Source: an uncultured Bacteroidota bacterium
GTDB taxonomy: Bacteria; Bacteroidota; Bacteroidia; Bacteroidales; WCHB1-69
Direction: 5' to 3'
DNA: 64,000 bases
Assembly (NCBI GenBank): GCA_942493315.1
Contig: OW818690.1
Span: 2,311,275 to 2,375,274, forward strand
The notes beneath the pieces were generated by a model. It ran no database searches, was not told the origin of the DNA, and was given only the letters and a program-made list of their open reading frames with translations. This document shows, piece after piece, positions 16,953 through 27,268 of the stretch (the stretch's first letter is position 1; every line of letters begins with the position of its first letter). A program made the position numbers and the translations under genes.

Positions 16953-17996
16953 TTAGAAAGTACTGTTTGAGGTGGCTTTATGGTAGTCGGTTAACACCAT
17001 AATTTTCACTAATTCCTTAAATTTGGTTTTAGGTTCCCATCCCAATAATGTTTTTGCTTTGGTGTAGTCACCTAACAGAAGTTCCACTTCCGTAGGACGA
17101 TAATATCTGGGATTGATCGCTACTACCGGTTTATTGATCGATTTTAAGTAGCCCACTTCATCTTTTCCGGTTCCTTTCCAGATGATCTCTTCCCCCAAAA
17201 CTTTGAATGCTTCTTCAATAAATTCTCTAACGGTATGTGCTTCATTGGTGGCAAGAACAAAATCTTCAGGTTTATCATGTTGTAAAATCCGCCACATTCC
17301 TTCTACATATTCAGGAGCATAACCCCAGTCTCTTACCGCATCGAGATTTCCTAAATAGAGCATGTCAAGTTGTCCTGTCATGATTTTAGAAACGGCGACA
17401 CTAATTTTGCGGGTAACAAAAGTTTTCCCTCTTCTTTCACTTTCATGATTAAACAGGATTCCGTTACATGCAAAAAGGTTGTAAGCTTCTCTATAGTTCA
17501 CTACGATCCAGTAAGCATAAAGTTTAGCGGCTGCGTAGGGACTTCGGGGGTAAAAAGGGGTTTTTTCACTTTGAGGAATCTGTTGTGCCAATCCAAATAA
17601 TTCAGAAGTTGAGGCTTGATAAAATTTGGTATTGATTCCGGTTTCCTTAATGGCATCCAAGAATCGAAGTGTGCCAATTCCATCTACATCTGCGGTATAT
17701 TCAGGTACTTCAAAACTAACCTGCACATGACTTTGTGCACCGAGATTATAAATTTCATCCGGCTGTACTTTTTCAACCAAACGGTTTAAATTACTGGAGT
17801 CGGTGAGATCTCCATAATGTAAAAAGAAACGTTTATCTAAAAGATCCTGGTTGTTATAAAGATGATCAATTCTAAATGTATTAAAAGAGCTTGATCTTCG
17901 GATGATTCCATGGACTTTATATCCTTTTTCCAACAATAATTCGGTTAAATAACTACCGTCCTGACCTGTAATACCTGATATAAGAGCAGTTTTCAT
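16953..17996 (-). CDS. gmd: GDP-mannose 4,6-dehydratase
   Basis: 347 aa. Contains [43 protein letters not shown] (Y-x3-K) and NHESERRG. Confidence 0.95.
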   Translation of the reverse strand: MKTALISGITGQDGSYLTELLLEKGYKVHGIIRRSSSFNTFRIDHLYNNQDLLDKRFFLHYGDLTDSSNLNRLVEKVQPDEIYNLGAQSHVQVSFEVPEYTADVDGIGTLRFLDAIKETGINTKFYQASTSELFGLAQQIPQSEKTPFYPRSPYAAAKLYAYWIVVNYREAYNLFACNGILFNHESERRGKTFVTRKISVAVSKIMTGQLDMLYLGNLDAVRDWGYAPEYVEGMWRILQHDKPEDFVLATNEAHTVREFIEEAFKVLGEEIIWKGTGKDEVGYLKSINKPVVAINPRYYRPTEVELLLGDYTKAKTLLGWEPKTKFKELVKIMVLTDYHKATSNSTF

Positions 17997-18005
17997 TAGC
18001 TTTTT

Positions 18006-19358
18006 TTATTTAAGTTTATTAATAATTTCATTGATTGATAACAATTGTTGTTCCCCGGTTTCCATATTTTTCAAGGTAAAACAGTTCTCTTTCATCTCAT
18101 TTTCTCCGGCCATAATCACGAAAGGGATCTTTTTATCATTGGCAAAATTCATCTGTTTTCCAATTTTGGATCTTTCAGGATAGATTTCTGATGGAATATC
18201 TTGATCTCTAAGCTGTTTTAGTCCTTTTAAGGCATAAAGCTCTTCGGCTTCACCGAAATTAAGAAATATGGCTTTAATTGGAGTTCCAATCTCCTCAGGG
18301 AAAAGGTTCAGTTCTTCCAAAACATCATAAATTCTTTCTGCTCCGTAGGAGATACCAACGCCTGACATATTTTTTAGCCCAAAAATACCGGTAAGATCAT
18401 CATAACGACCGCCTCCCGAAATACTTCCTATCTGGACATCGGTTGTTTTTACTTCAAAAATAGCACCTGTATAATAGTTTAACCCTCTAGCCAAGGTGAT
18501 ATCTAATTCCGGTTCCTGAATCTCTAAATGTTTGGCATAATTCAAAATAGTTTCAATCTCCTCAACACCCTTTTTCCCAATTTCTGATTGATGAAAAAAT
18601 GATTTTAAAAAATCAATTTTATGTTGATTATCTCCTGAAAATTCAAAGAAAGGTTCAATTTTTTGAATAGATTCCAATGGAATATCGCGGCTCAACAACT
18701 CTTCCATCACTTTCTCTTTTCCAATTTTGTCCAATTTATCGATAGCCACACAAATATCGGTAATTTTATCGGGTTGTCCTACTACTTCAGCGATTCCGGA
18801 CAATATTTTACGGTTGTTAATTTTTATAACAATGTTAAGTCCAAACTTTTTAAAAATTTGATACGTGATTTGGATCAGTTCAATCTCATTAATTAACGAA
18901 TCGCTGCCAATCACATCCACATCACATTGGTAAAACTCTCTGTATCTTCCTTTTTGAGGTCTATCAGCGCGCCAAACAGGTTGAATCTGGTATCTTTTAA
19001 AAGGGAAAACCAAATCATTACGATGTTGTACCACAAAACGGGCAAAAGGGACGGTTAAATCATAGCGAAGTGCTTTTTCACAAATTTTGGGAGCTATCTG
19101 GTTGGGCGTTCCATTTTGGAAGTCAACCCCCGACATAAAATCTCCGGAATTTAACACTTTAAAAATGAGACGATCACCCTCTTCGCCATATTTTCCCATC
19201 AAAGAGGATAGGTTTTCCATCGTAGGAGTTTCGATAGGTAAAAAACCAAATTTTTCAAAAACCTGTTTAATGGTGTTAAAAATGTAGTTTCTTCGGATCA
19301 TTTCCAAAGGGGTAAAATCGCGTGTTCCTTTCGGAATTGATGGTTTTACAATACTCAT
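18006..19358 (-). CDS. hisS: Histidine--tRNA ligase
   Basis: 450 aa. Contains [29 protein letters not shown] and GGGRYDDL, the class-II HisRS motifs. Confidence 0.95.
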   Translation of the reverse strand: MSIVKPSIPKGTRDFTPLEMIRRNYIFNTIKQVFEKFGFLPIETPTMENLSSLMGKYGEEGDRLIFKVLNSGDFMSGVDFQNGTPNQIAPKICEKALRYDLTVPFARFVVQHRNDLVFPFKRYQIQPVWRADRPQKGRYREFYQCDVDVIGSDSLINEIELIQITYQIFKKFGLNIVIKINNRKILSGIAEVVGQPDKITDICVAIDKLDKIGKEKVMEELLSRDIPLESIQKIEPFFEFSGDNQHKIDFLKSFFHQSEIGKKGVEEIETILNYAKHLEIQEPELDITLARGLNYYTGAIFEVKTTDVQIGSISGGGRYDDLTGIFGLKNMSGVGISYGAERIYDVLEELNLFPEEIGTPIKAIFLNFGEAEELYALKGLKQLRDQDIPSEIYPERSKIGKQMNFANDKKIPFVIMAGENEMKENCFTLKNMETGEQQLLSINEIINKLK

Positions 19359-19376
19359 AGTAGTTTTAGTTCTGGT

Positions 19377-20615
19377 TTATTGTTTTAGCTTTACAGCTGA
19401 TTTATCTTCTTTTTGTTCTTTCAGATCTTTTTGAGATTTTTCCAATTGAATTTTGACATCATTCAATACATTCATATAATTGATAAACGCCTGGTAAGGT
19501 GATGAATAAACATCAAATATTTTTTTAACAGCTTGTTTTGGGAACCATTTGGTACTCATAAAATTGAAATGGAACGCATTTTGGAGTCGCAACCAAGCTA
19601 ATTTTGCGGTTGGATCGGAGGATAGGTTATACAAGTTTTCTAATTTAAAAAGTTGCTCAAAAGCTTCTTGTTGTAGATCATTACCGAGCCATTCATTGGT
19701 ATCTTTTTCATCACCGGAGCAGGAGATAGCCCAGGGAGCATGTAAAGTGGAGGCTTTAAGATCCAGATTTTCTATATTTTTAGGAGTGATAAATTGATAA
19801 TTATTAGAACCACACAATTGTTCAATGAATGCTTTGTAAAAATCAAAAATGCCGGTTTCTTCCGTTTGTAAAATGCCCATTGTTTCATAATCCCAAAACA
19901 GATTCACTAATGGAGCATCCTCTGGTATACCTTCCAGAAAACCCAGATATTTTTCTGCAGTTAATGGGTATTGATCCCAACTTTGATCATTGAATCTCAA
20001 AGTAACATCATCACACAACTGGTAATTCCGAAGTAAGAGTTTTAGATCAGTTTCGTATGGATTGCAATAGAGATAGGAGGGACTTTTCCATCCTAATAAG
20101 TGGCGTGCCCCTTCTGTTAAGACGGTTTTATAGCCGGCTTCATACAACCATTCCCCAATTTCATCAGAATAGATGATTTCGGTATTGCAAAAAGTGGTGG
20201 GTTTGATATTGAAAACTTCAAACAGTAGGTTTTCCTGAAGTTTCACCTGTTCCATAAACGTTGACTTATTATGAAGAGAAGCCAAACTATGCGTAAATGT
20301 GGATCCGGTGATCTCAACATTGCCTGTATCAATTAATTGTTTAAAGCTTTCTAACACATCCGGACAATAATCCTGAAATAAACGGATGGTACTTCCGGAG
20401 ATGCTAAAGCTAAAGAAGAACTGATCCTTATATTTTTGGATCAATTCCAACATCATTTTATTAGCCGGAATATAGCAGCGGTTAGCAATACGGTTGATCA
20501 GGTAATTATTTTGATAATCATCAAAATAGTTATGATAATGGTTCATATCAAAAAACCGGTAAGTTCTTAACAGATGCGGTTGAATAACTTGAAAATGGAT
20601 ACAGATCTTACGCAT
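19377..20615 (-). CDS. Glycoside hydrolase family 57-like protein (glycogen cluster)
   Basis: 412 aa. The N-terminal ICIHFQVIQPHLLRTYRFFD resembles the GH57 hxHQP motif region. It sits in the conserved Bacteroidota arrangement of GH57, glycosyltransferase and debranching enzyme. Confidence 0.7.
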   Translation of the reverse strand: MRKICIHFQVIQPHLLRTYRFFDMNHYHNYFDDYQNNYLINRIANRCYIPANKMMLELIQKYKDQFFFSFSISGSTIRLFQDYCPDVLESFKQLIDTGNVEITGSTFTHSLASLHNKSTFMEQVKLQENLLFEVFNIKPTTFCNTEIIYSDEIGEWLYEAGYKTVLTEGARHLLGWKSPSYLYCNPYETDLKLLLRNYQLCDDVTLRFNDQSWDQYPLTAEKYLGFLEGIPEDAPLVNLFWDYETMGILQTEETGIFDFYKAFIEQLCGSNNYQFITPKNIENLDLKASTLHAPWAISCSGDEKDTNEWLGNDLQQEAFEQLFKLENLYNLSSDPTAKLAWLRLQNAFHFNFMSTKWFPKQAVKKIFDVYSSPYQAFINYMNVLNDVKIQLEKSQKDLKEQKEDKSAVKLKQ

Positions 20616-20626
20616 AATATTTAGTT

Positions 20627-21928
20627 TTAATGATGTAACAATTTTTCATAAATACCTAGCAATTTGGCTGCTACAGTATCCCATTTCAGGTTATCGACAT
20701 CCTCTTTTCCTTTTACAGAAAAGAAATTGGCTAAAGCAGGGTAGTGTAGGATTCCATAAATGGCATCTGCCATCGCATCAACATCCCAAAAATCAACTTT
20801 AATGGCGTGAGTAAGCACTTCTGCCACTCCGGATTGTTTAGAGATCACAACCGGAACATAAGCTCTCATAGCTTCCAGTGGGGAGATTCCAAATGGTTCA
20901 GAAATAGAAGGCATCACATAAACATCACTCATTCCGAACATCAAATCGATATCATCGCCTCTTAGAAATCCGGTAAAATGGAACTTATCTGCAATCCCTA
21001 ACTCGGCCACATGTTCAATAATTTTAGGCATCAAATCACCATCTCCGGCTAATACAAACCGAACATTGGGATCTTTCTCCAATACTTTTTTTGCACTTTC
21101 AATAAAATATTCAGGTCCTTTCTGAAAAGTTACCCTGCCTAAGAAAGTTACAATTTTTTCATCAACATATTTTTCTCTGACAACCTTTTTTCCGGTAGGT
21201 TCAACAGCATTATGAAGGGTGTAAACTTTATCAGCGTTTATCCCATACTTTTCAATCACAATTTTTCTGGTTAAATCACTAACTGCACAAACTGCATCTG
21301 CTTCTGCCATTCCATATTTTTCGATCCCATAAACCAGATCATTGAGTTTATGTTCCCCGGAACGGTCATATTCGGTAGCATGAATATGGACTACCAAAGG
21401 TTTGCCACTAATTTTTTTGGCAGCAATTCCCGCTTTATAAGTAAGCCAATCGTGAGCATGGATAATATCAAAATCGTATTGAGAAGCAATTTCAGCAGCC
21501 ACTAAAGCGTATTCTTCAACTTCATTCAATAGATTGTCGGTATATTTACCTGAAAATGAGTATCTTCTTTTAGATCCTGGAGTTGTTTCACTCAAAATTC
21601 CGCTCTCTAATTGATCTACAATGGTGTAATATTCATTCATCCCGATATAGGGCACCAACTGAGAATTTACTTCAATAAAGGAGACTTTATCTTCAAAAAG
21701 TTTCAAATGAACCTGAGAAGGATCCACTTCAACATTACTGGCATTGATGATCTGCACATACCTTTGATCCTCCTCTTCAGAAGCTTTTGGCATCACAAAT
21801 AAAACTTCCACATTGTTATGAGCCAACCCTTTAGTCAAACCATAACAAGCAGTTCCCAAACCACCGGCAATATGAGGGGGAAATTCCCAACCGAACATTA
21901 ATACTTTCATAGTTCCATTATTAGTCAA
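20627..21928 (-). CDS. Glycosyltransferase (glycogen-synthase-like, GT-B fold)
   Basis: 433 aa. Contains MKVLMFGWEFPPHIAGGLG, where the true start may be this Met at 21910, and the E-x7-E motif EPFGISPLEAM. Confidence 0.8.
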   Translation of the reverse strand: MTNNGTMKVLMFGWEFPPHIAGGLGTACYGLTKGLAHNNVEVLFVMPKASEEEDQRYVQIINASNVEVDPSQVHLKLFEDKVSFIEVNSQLVPYIGMNEYYTIVDQLESGILSETTPGSKRRYSFSGKYTDNLLNEVEEYALVAAEIASQYDFDIIHAHDWLTYKAGIAAKKISGKPLVVHIHATEYDRSGEHKLNDLVYGIEKYGMAEADAVCAVSDLTRKIVIEKYGINADKVYTLHNAVEPTGKKVVREKYVDEKIVTFLGRVTFQKGPEYFIESAKKVLEKDPNVRFVLAGDGDLMPKIIEHVAELGIADKFHFTGFLRGDDIDLMFGMSDVYVMPSISEPFGISPLEAMRAYVPVVISKQSGVAEVLTHAIKVDFWDVDAMADAIYGILHYPALANFFSVKGKEDVDNLKWDTVAAKLLGIYEKLLHH

Positions 21929-21941
21929 TTATAGGATCCAT

Positions 21942-23897
21942 CTATTCCTTTTTTTTGTTTTTCTCATTGTCAATCAAATACTTGATATGCAATAATGCTC
22001 CCACACTCCACGCTTGTGAAATACATCCATTGGGTCTGTATGGAGGATTACCATCGGTAATCTCAGCAATAGTAGAGATCCCGTAATCTTTCATACAAGT
22101 ATCGAAATTGTACAACATTTTTTCCATAAATGGAATTGCTTCTTTTTGATAAACTGCCAGCATCCCTTCAGCGAAAGGCCCGAGCAACCAGGGCCAGCTG
22201 GTTCCTTGGTGGTAGGCAGAATCACGTTCCTCCTGATTTCCTTTGTAAAACCCTTTGTATTGAGGATCTTGTGGGGAAAGTGTTCTTAATCCTTTGTCAG
22301 TATAAAGCTCTTCCAAAGCTTTTTTTAGAATTAACTGTTTGATTTTTTCACTGATAGGGCAGTAGGGGAGTGATGTAACGATCACCATATTGGGTCTTAC
22401 TTGAAAATTGCGTTCAGTTTCATTTACATAATCCGCTAAATAACCCAACTCTTTAGACCAAAAAGTCGATTTAAAAACAGCTGGAAACTCTTTGGTTAAC
22501 TCTTCCCATTCCACAATAAAATTTTCATCTTTAGCACATCTGGCCATATCCAAACAAAAATGAAGGGCATTATACCATAATCCATTGATTTCCACCTGAT
22601 AACCGGTTCTTGGTGTTACAGGAACTCCATCCACAACGGCATCCATCCAGGTTAATGCCAGATTTTCACCACCGGCATAGATCAGTCCATTTGTTTCCAT
22701 GTGAATGTTGTACATGGATCCTTTTTTGTAAGCATTTAATATGGATTTCAAAACGGGACCGTACTCTTTCCAAATATCTTTTCTAGTGTTGGTAAATTCT
22801 GTATATTGTTGTAAGGTTCGGATGAACCAAAGAGGGGCATCAACAGAGTTGTAGGATGCTTCTATCCCTTCTCCAATATTGGGAAACAAACCATCTTTGA
22901 TTTCGGACAGCATATTATCCATAATCTCCTTACAGAGCTGCGGTTTATTTAATGCTAGGGTGAGCCCGGGTAAAGCAATAAAAGTATCTCTTCCCCATCT
23001 TCCAAACCAGGGATAACCGGCAATAATCTGGGTTTTGCCACCTCTTTTCACAATAAATTGTTCTGCAGCATTCACTAAACAATTAAAATAGGAAGATCGT
23101 TTTGTCCTTTTGCTCAGTTCGGTATTAAATAGAGGTTCAATTTCCGAAGGATCAATAGGTTGTGTTCCAATAGTAAAATATAAAACCTGATTATTGATGG
23201 AAACGTTGATTTTTCCGGGGTTTAATAAGTCTTCATGTCCGGCATACCCTCTTTTGAGTTCTTCTTCATATTCAAAATCATAGTGCCATGCTGGTTCATG
23301 ATTGTAATCAATTTCTGAAGAAGCCTGAAAATAAACAGGCGTGTAATGATCATACAAACAATAAGATACGCCATTTTTTTGTGGCGTAAATCCGGTATTG
23401 GCATAGTCATTGGCAACGGTTAACCGATGGATTTGTCTAAAAGCCAATAATGGTTCAAATTGAATCGATGCGGAGCCTATCTGATCAATAATCGAATATT
23501 TAATAATGATTCTATCTTCATCCGATAAAAATAACAACTCTTTTGTAAAATGGAATTTTCCCACTTTGTAAGTATAAGTAGGCAAAACATCTGCATTAAA
23601 ATGATCCAGATATTTGTTTCCTTTAGGATGAATTACGCCTCCTTTGAATTGATGTATCCCCAAATGGAACTCCATCTCATTGATGATCAGTGTTTCATTC
23701 AGATTGGAAACCAACACATGGCGTTCCCCATCAATCTGATCTTGAGGCACAATAAACAAGCCATGGTATTTTCTTGTATTTAAACCCAACAGTGAAGACG
23801 ATGCAAAAGAACCTGTTCTGCTGCATCTTAGAATTTCTTTGGTTTTTGAGTAATTGATGTTTACTAACTTTTCTTTGTCAAATTCAATGTATCCCAT
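21942..23897 (-). CDS. Glycogen debranching enzyme (amylo-alpha-1,6-glucosidase family)
   Basis: 651 aa. N-terminal YHGLF and the central AGYPWFGRWGRDTFIALPGL motif are typical of the GDE_C family. Confidence 0.88.
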   Translation of the reverse strand: MGYIEFDKEKLVNINYSKTKEILRCSRTGSFASSSLLGLNTRKYHGLFIVPQDQIDGERHVLVSNLNETLIINEMEFHLGIHQFKGGVIHPKGNKYLDHFNADVLPTYTYKVGKFHFTKELLFLSDEDRIIIKYSIIDQIGSASIQFEPLLAFRQIHRLTVANDYANTGFTPQKNGVSYCLYDHYTPVYFQASSEIDYNHEPAWHYDFEYEEELKRGYAGHEDLLNPGKINVSINNQVLYFTIGTQPIDPSEIEPLFNTELSKRTKRSSYFNCLVNAAEQFIVKRGGKTQIIAGYPWFGRWGRDTFIALPGLTLALNKPQLCKEIMDNMLSEIKDGLFPNIGEGIEASYNSVDAPLWFIRTLQQYTEFTNTRKDIWKEYGPVLKSILNAYKKGSMYNIHMETNGLIYAGGENLALTWMDAVVDGVPVTPRTGYQVEINGLWYNALHFCLDMARCAKDENFIVEWEELTKEFPAVFKSTFWSKELGYLADYVNETERNFQVRPNMVIVTSLPYCPISEKIKQLILKKALEELYTDKGLRTLSPQDPQYKGFYKGNQEERDSAYHQGTSWPWLLGPFAEGMLAVYQKEAIPFMEKMLYNFDTCMKDYGISTIAEITDGNPPYRPNGCISQAWSVGALLHIKYLIDNEKNKKKE

Positions 23898-23907
23898 TTC
23901 TATATTG

Positions 23908-24732
23908 TTATTTTGTATAGATATTCATTTTTCCTACATAGATCCCTTTTAACCCGGATTGTAGGATCATAGTTTTATTGATGATGATTGGTTCTGATAG
24001 ATAATCATGGGAGTGTCCTCCAATGATGATATCGATACCGGGAACTTGTTCTGCAACCATTGTATCTGAAACATCATCCGCTTTAACAGGATCTAAACCT
24101 AAGTGCGACAGACAAATAATCAGGTCACAATGTTCTTTATTTTGCAATAGGTCAACCATATTTTTAGCAGTTTCAATAGGATCTTTAAAAACCAACTCCT
24201 TTTCTGTTGTAGGAGAAGTTAGCCCTTTGAGATTTGTAGTTAAGCCAAAAATTCCCACTCTTTGACCATTGATCTCCATCACCACATAAGGTTTAACAAT
24301 ACGAGCTAATTTTTTATTTTTGAAACTATAATTGGCACAAACCACTTTAAATTCAGCCTTTTTTAGTTGTTTAGCCAAATTTGCAGATCCTTTATCAAAC
24401 TCGTGATTGCCTAAGGTAACCACATCATATCCCATTTTATTCATGAGATTAATTTCCACACTCCCCGAAAAGAAGTTGTAAAAAGGGGTTCCCTGAGAAA
24501 AATCTCCGGCATCAAAAACCAAAACATGTTCATGTTCAGCACGAACCTGGTTGATGTAATTGTACCGTCTTAAAATACCACCCACTTGTCCCATCCCTTT
24601 AAATGGAAATGGATCGATCTGACTATGGGTGTCATTGGTATGTAAGATCACAATAGTGTCTTGTGAATAACCTAATATACAGGATATTAGCAGTAAAGCA
24701 ATAAGAGAAATTCGAGTCATTAAAGTTTTCAT
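23908..24732 (-). CDS. Secreted metallophosphoesterase (5'-nucleotidase/UshA N-terminal domain type)
   Basis: 274 aa. A signal peptide is followed by the HTNDTHS, GDFSQGTP, GNHEFD and GGHSH metallophosphatase motifs. No C-terminal nucleotidase domain is present. Confidence 0.85.
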   Translation of the reverse strand: MKTLMTRISLIALLLISCILGYSQDTIVILHTNDTHSQIDPFPFKGMGQVGGILRRYNYINQVRAEHEHVLVFDAGDFSQGTPFYNFFSGSVEINLMNKMGYDVVTLGNHEFDKGSANLAKQLKKAEFKVVCANYSFKNKKLARIVKPYVVMEINGQRVGIFGLTTNLKGLTSPTTEKELVFKDPIETAKNMVDLLQNKEHCDLIICLSHLGLDPVKADDVSDTMVAEQVPGIDIIIGGHSHDYLSEPIIINKTMILQSGLKGIYVGKMNIYTK

Positions 24733-24752
24733 AATGAAAATTGATTAATCTG

Positions 24753-24760
24753 CAAATATA
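24753..24760 (-). promoter_or_regulatory. Candidate -7 box (TATATTTG on the minus strand) for the metallophosphoesterase operon
   Basis: TAnnTTTG match about 21 nt upstream of the ATG at 24732. Confidence 0.4.
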
Positions 24761-24785
24761 AGAAAATAATTTTACATTTAACAAT

Positions 24786-24838
24786 TAAATTAGCAAATTA
24801 GCAAATTAGCAAATTAGCACATTATCACATTAGCTTAT
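24786..24838. repeat. Octamer microsatellite (aattagca x4, then degenerate)
   Basis: Reads aattagcaaattagcaaattagcaaattagcacattatcacattagc. The same taagctaat/attagc word family occurs in the composite repeats at 15300-15335 and 28930-28958. Confidence 0.85.
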
Positions 24839-24845
24839 TATTTAG

Positions 24846-24853
24846 TATTTTTG
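24846..24853 (+). promoter_or_regulatory. Candidate -7 box (TATTTTTG) for yfcC-pnuC
   Basis: TAnnTTTG match 28 nt upstream of the ATG at 24881. Confidence 0.4.
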
Positions 24854-24880
24854 CATACTTAAACCCAAAACCTGATTTCG

Positions 24881-26485
24881 ATGTTTAAAAATTTAAAAAT
24901 TCCACACACTTTTACGATTGTATTTGGTATCATTATTGTCTGTGCTATTGCTACATGGATTGTTCCGGGTGGTGAGTTTAAAAGGGAAAAAGTGGTGGTT
25001 GACGGTTCTGAAAAGATGGTGGTCGATACTGATTCTTTTCAAAAAGTCCCACATGAACCCCAGACCTGGCAAATATTTACTTCCCTTTTTAAAGGATTTA
25101 ACAGAACATCATCCATTATCATTTTTATTTTGATGATTGGTGGCGCTTTTTGGGTATACAATGAAACCGATGCGATTAACAGAGGGATTTTTAGTTTTAT
25201 TCAATCGATAGATAAATTAAAAAGATTTAAAATTCTGAATAAGATTGGGGTACATAATATTATTTTTACACTAATCATGCTTCTATTCAGTCTTTTTGGA
25301 GCTGTTTTTGGTATGAGTGAGGAGACGATTGCTTTTATTATAATTTTTGTACCGCTTTCTATTTCAATGGGATACGATTCTGTTGTAGGAGTGTTGATTT
25401 GTTATGTGGCGGCTCATGTTGGTTTTGCAGGAGCTATGTTAAATCCATTCACAATCGGCATTGCTCAAGGATTATCCGGATTACCCACTTTTTCAGGGCT
25501 TGAATATAGGGTGATCTGTTGGGCTATTTTAACTCTATTGGCGATCATTTTTACTCTGATTTATGCTGCCAAAGTGAAAAAAAATCCACAGAAATCGTTT
25601 ATGTATGAATTGGATCATTATTGGCGGGATAAACTAGATGCACAACACCATAATCACGAAAAAGTAAAATCTGGAATCGCAACCTGGATTATTTTTGCCA
25701 TGGTTTCTTTTGTATTGATCTATTTTGCCATTCAATTACCTGAAAGCGCCATTACTTTGGGAGGTAATCATTATGAGATCCCATTTTTCCCCATTTTAGC
25801 CGTACTTTTTATACTTTTAGGTTTTTATACCATCCGGATTTCCGTTCATAGTTTCATACTTACCTTATTGTTAACTACCATTTTAGTTCTGATCATAGGA
25901 GTTTTAGGGTATGAATGGTATGTGATGGAGATTGCCGGACTCTTTTTTGCTATGGGGATCCTTTCCGGATTGGCTTTCAGGATGAAGTTTGATACCATTA
26001 TTAAATCTTTTCTCACAGGATGTAAGGATATCATGAATGCTGCGTTGATCGTTGGTTTGGCTGGTGGTATCATCATTATTTTGGAAGATGGTAAAATTGT
26101 GGATACGATTTTATATGCGATTTCCAATTCCTTACAAGGTACCGGTCGCGAAGGATCATTGGGTGTTATGTATTTGATTCAAAATGGTTTAAATTTAATT
26201 ATTCCTTCAGGATCTGCTAAAGCAGCCTTGACTATTCCAATGATGGCTGAGTTTTCTGATATTATCGGAATCCATAGGCAATTAACAGTTCTGGCTTTTC
26301 AGTTTGGAGATGGATTTACCAATATGATCACACCGGCATCAGGAGTTTTGATCGGTGTATTAGGGGTTGCGAAAATTCCTTACGCAAAATGGGCCAAATT
26401 TATTTTCCCGTATATTCTGATCCTGATTTTGATTGGATTTTTGTTGCTTTTACCCCCTTTATATTTCTCATTTAACGGATTTTAA
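24881..26485 (+). CDS. yfcC: YfcC-family (DcuC-like, C4-dicarboxylate anaerobic carrier superfamily) membrane transporter
   Basis: 534 aa with at least 10 hydrophobic helices. The N-terminus KIPHTFTIVFGIIIVCAIATWIVPGGEF is typical of YfcC proteins. Confidence 0.75.
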   Translation: MFKNLKIPHTFTIVFGIIIVCAIATWIVPGGEFKREKVVVDGSEKMVVDTDSFQKVPHEPQTWQIFTSLFKGFNRTSSIIIFILMIGGAFWVYNETDAINRGIFSFIQSIDKLKRFKILNKIGVHNIIFTLIMLLFSLFGAVFGMSEETIAFIIIFVPLSISMGYDSVVGVLICYVAAHVGFAGAMLNPFTIGIAQGLSGLPTFSGLEYRVICWAILTLLAIIFTLIYAAKVKKNPQKSFMYELDHYWRDKLDAQHHNHEKVKSGIATWIIFAMVSFVLIYFAIQLPESAITLGGNHYEIPFFPILAVLFILLGFYTIRISVHSFILTLLLTTILVLIIGVLGYEWYVMEIAGLFFAMGILSGLAFRMKFDTIIKSFLTGCKDIMNAALIVGLAGGIIIILEDGKIVDTILYAISNSLQGTGREGSLGVMYLIQNGLNLIIPSGSAKAALTIPMMAEFSDIIGIHRQLTVLAFQFGDGFTNMITPASGVLIGVLGVAKIPYAKWAKFIFPYILILILIGFLLLLPPLYFSFNGF

Positions 26486-26486
26486 T

Positions 26487-27077
26487 ATGCTCAATTTCTA
26501 CCAAATTCTGGAGTGGATAGGTGCAGCTATTGGATTTATTTACCTTTACTATCAATACAAAGCAAACCCCAAACTATGGATTTTTGGAGGTGTTATGTCT
26601 ATCATTTATATTACCGTTTACCTCCATGCTAAAGTATATTTTTGGGCCGGTATCAACATGTATTACCTTTGTATTCAGCTTTATAGTATCTATAATTGGA
26701 AAAAAATAAATCAACAGGATGATGATTCTGCTGGAATTTCCCATTTTCCGGCTACAAAATGGATCTATCTTATTCTTTTTACCGCTGCTTTATCCGTGAT
26801 TTTGAGTATCATTGCCATCAAGTTCACGGACAGTCCAATTCCAATACCAGAAGGGATCTCTACAGCCATGAGCTTTGTAGCTATGTATTTATTGGCGAAA
26901 AAGTATATGGAACATTGGTTGATCTGGATTGTGGTGGATGTTTTTTATACAATTTATAATGCTGTTTTAGGGCTTTACGGAACCACTTTACTGTATGTAG
27001 TTTATACTGTTGTAGCGGTCATGGGGTATTTCAAATGGAGGCAAATGCATAATGAGATAAGAGGTAATAATAGGTAA
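26487..27077 (+). CDS. pnuC: Nicotinamide riboside transporter PnuC
   Basis: 196 aa from the ATG at 26487, one nucleotide after the yfcC stop. Contains EWIGAAIGFIYLYYQYKANPKLWIFG and the PnuC-like block YLCIQLYSIYNWKK, with 7 predicted TM segments. Confidence 0.85.
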   Translation: MLNFYQILEWIGAAIGFIYLYYQYKANPKLWIFGGVMSIIYITVYLHAKVYFWAGINMYYLCIQLYSIYNWKKINQQDDDSAGISHFPATKWIYLILFTAALSVILSIIAIKFTDSPIPIPEGISTAMSFVAMYLLAKKYMEHWLIWIVVDVFYTIYNAVLGLYGTTLLYVVYTVVAVMGYFKWRQMHNEIRGNNR

Positions 27078-27268
27078 CAGGTATCAGGTATCAGGTATCA
27101 GGTTTCAGGTATCAGGTATCAGGTATCAGGTATCAGGTATTAGGTATCAGGTAAGAAGGAATAGGTAAAAGGTAAGAGGTAAGAGGTAAAAGGTAAAAGG
27201 TAAGAGGTAAAAGGTAAGAGGTAAAAGGTAAGAGGTAATAGGTAATAGGTAAAAAGTAAAAAGTAAGA
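27055..27268. repeat. Compound 7-nt microsatellite (aggtatc about 10 units, then aggtaaR about 14 units, then aagtaaa)
   Basis: Read directly from the sequence. The array begins inside the last codons of pnuC and ends at the IS256 insertion point. Confidence 0.95.
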
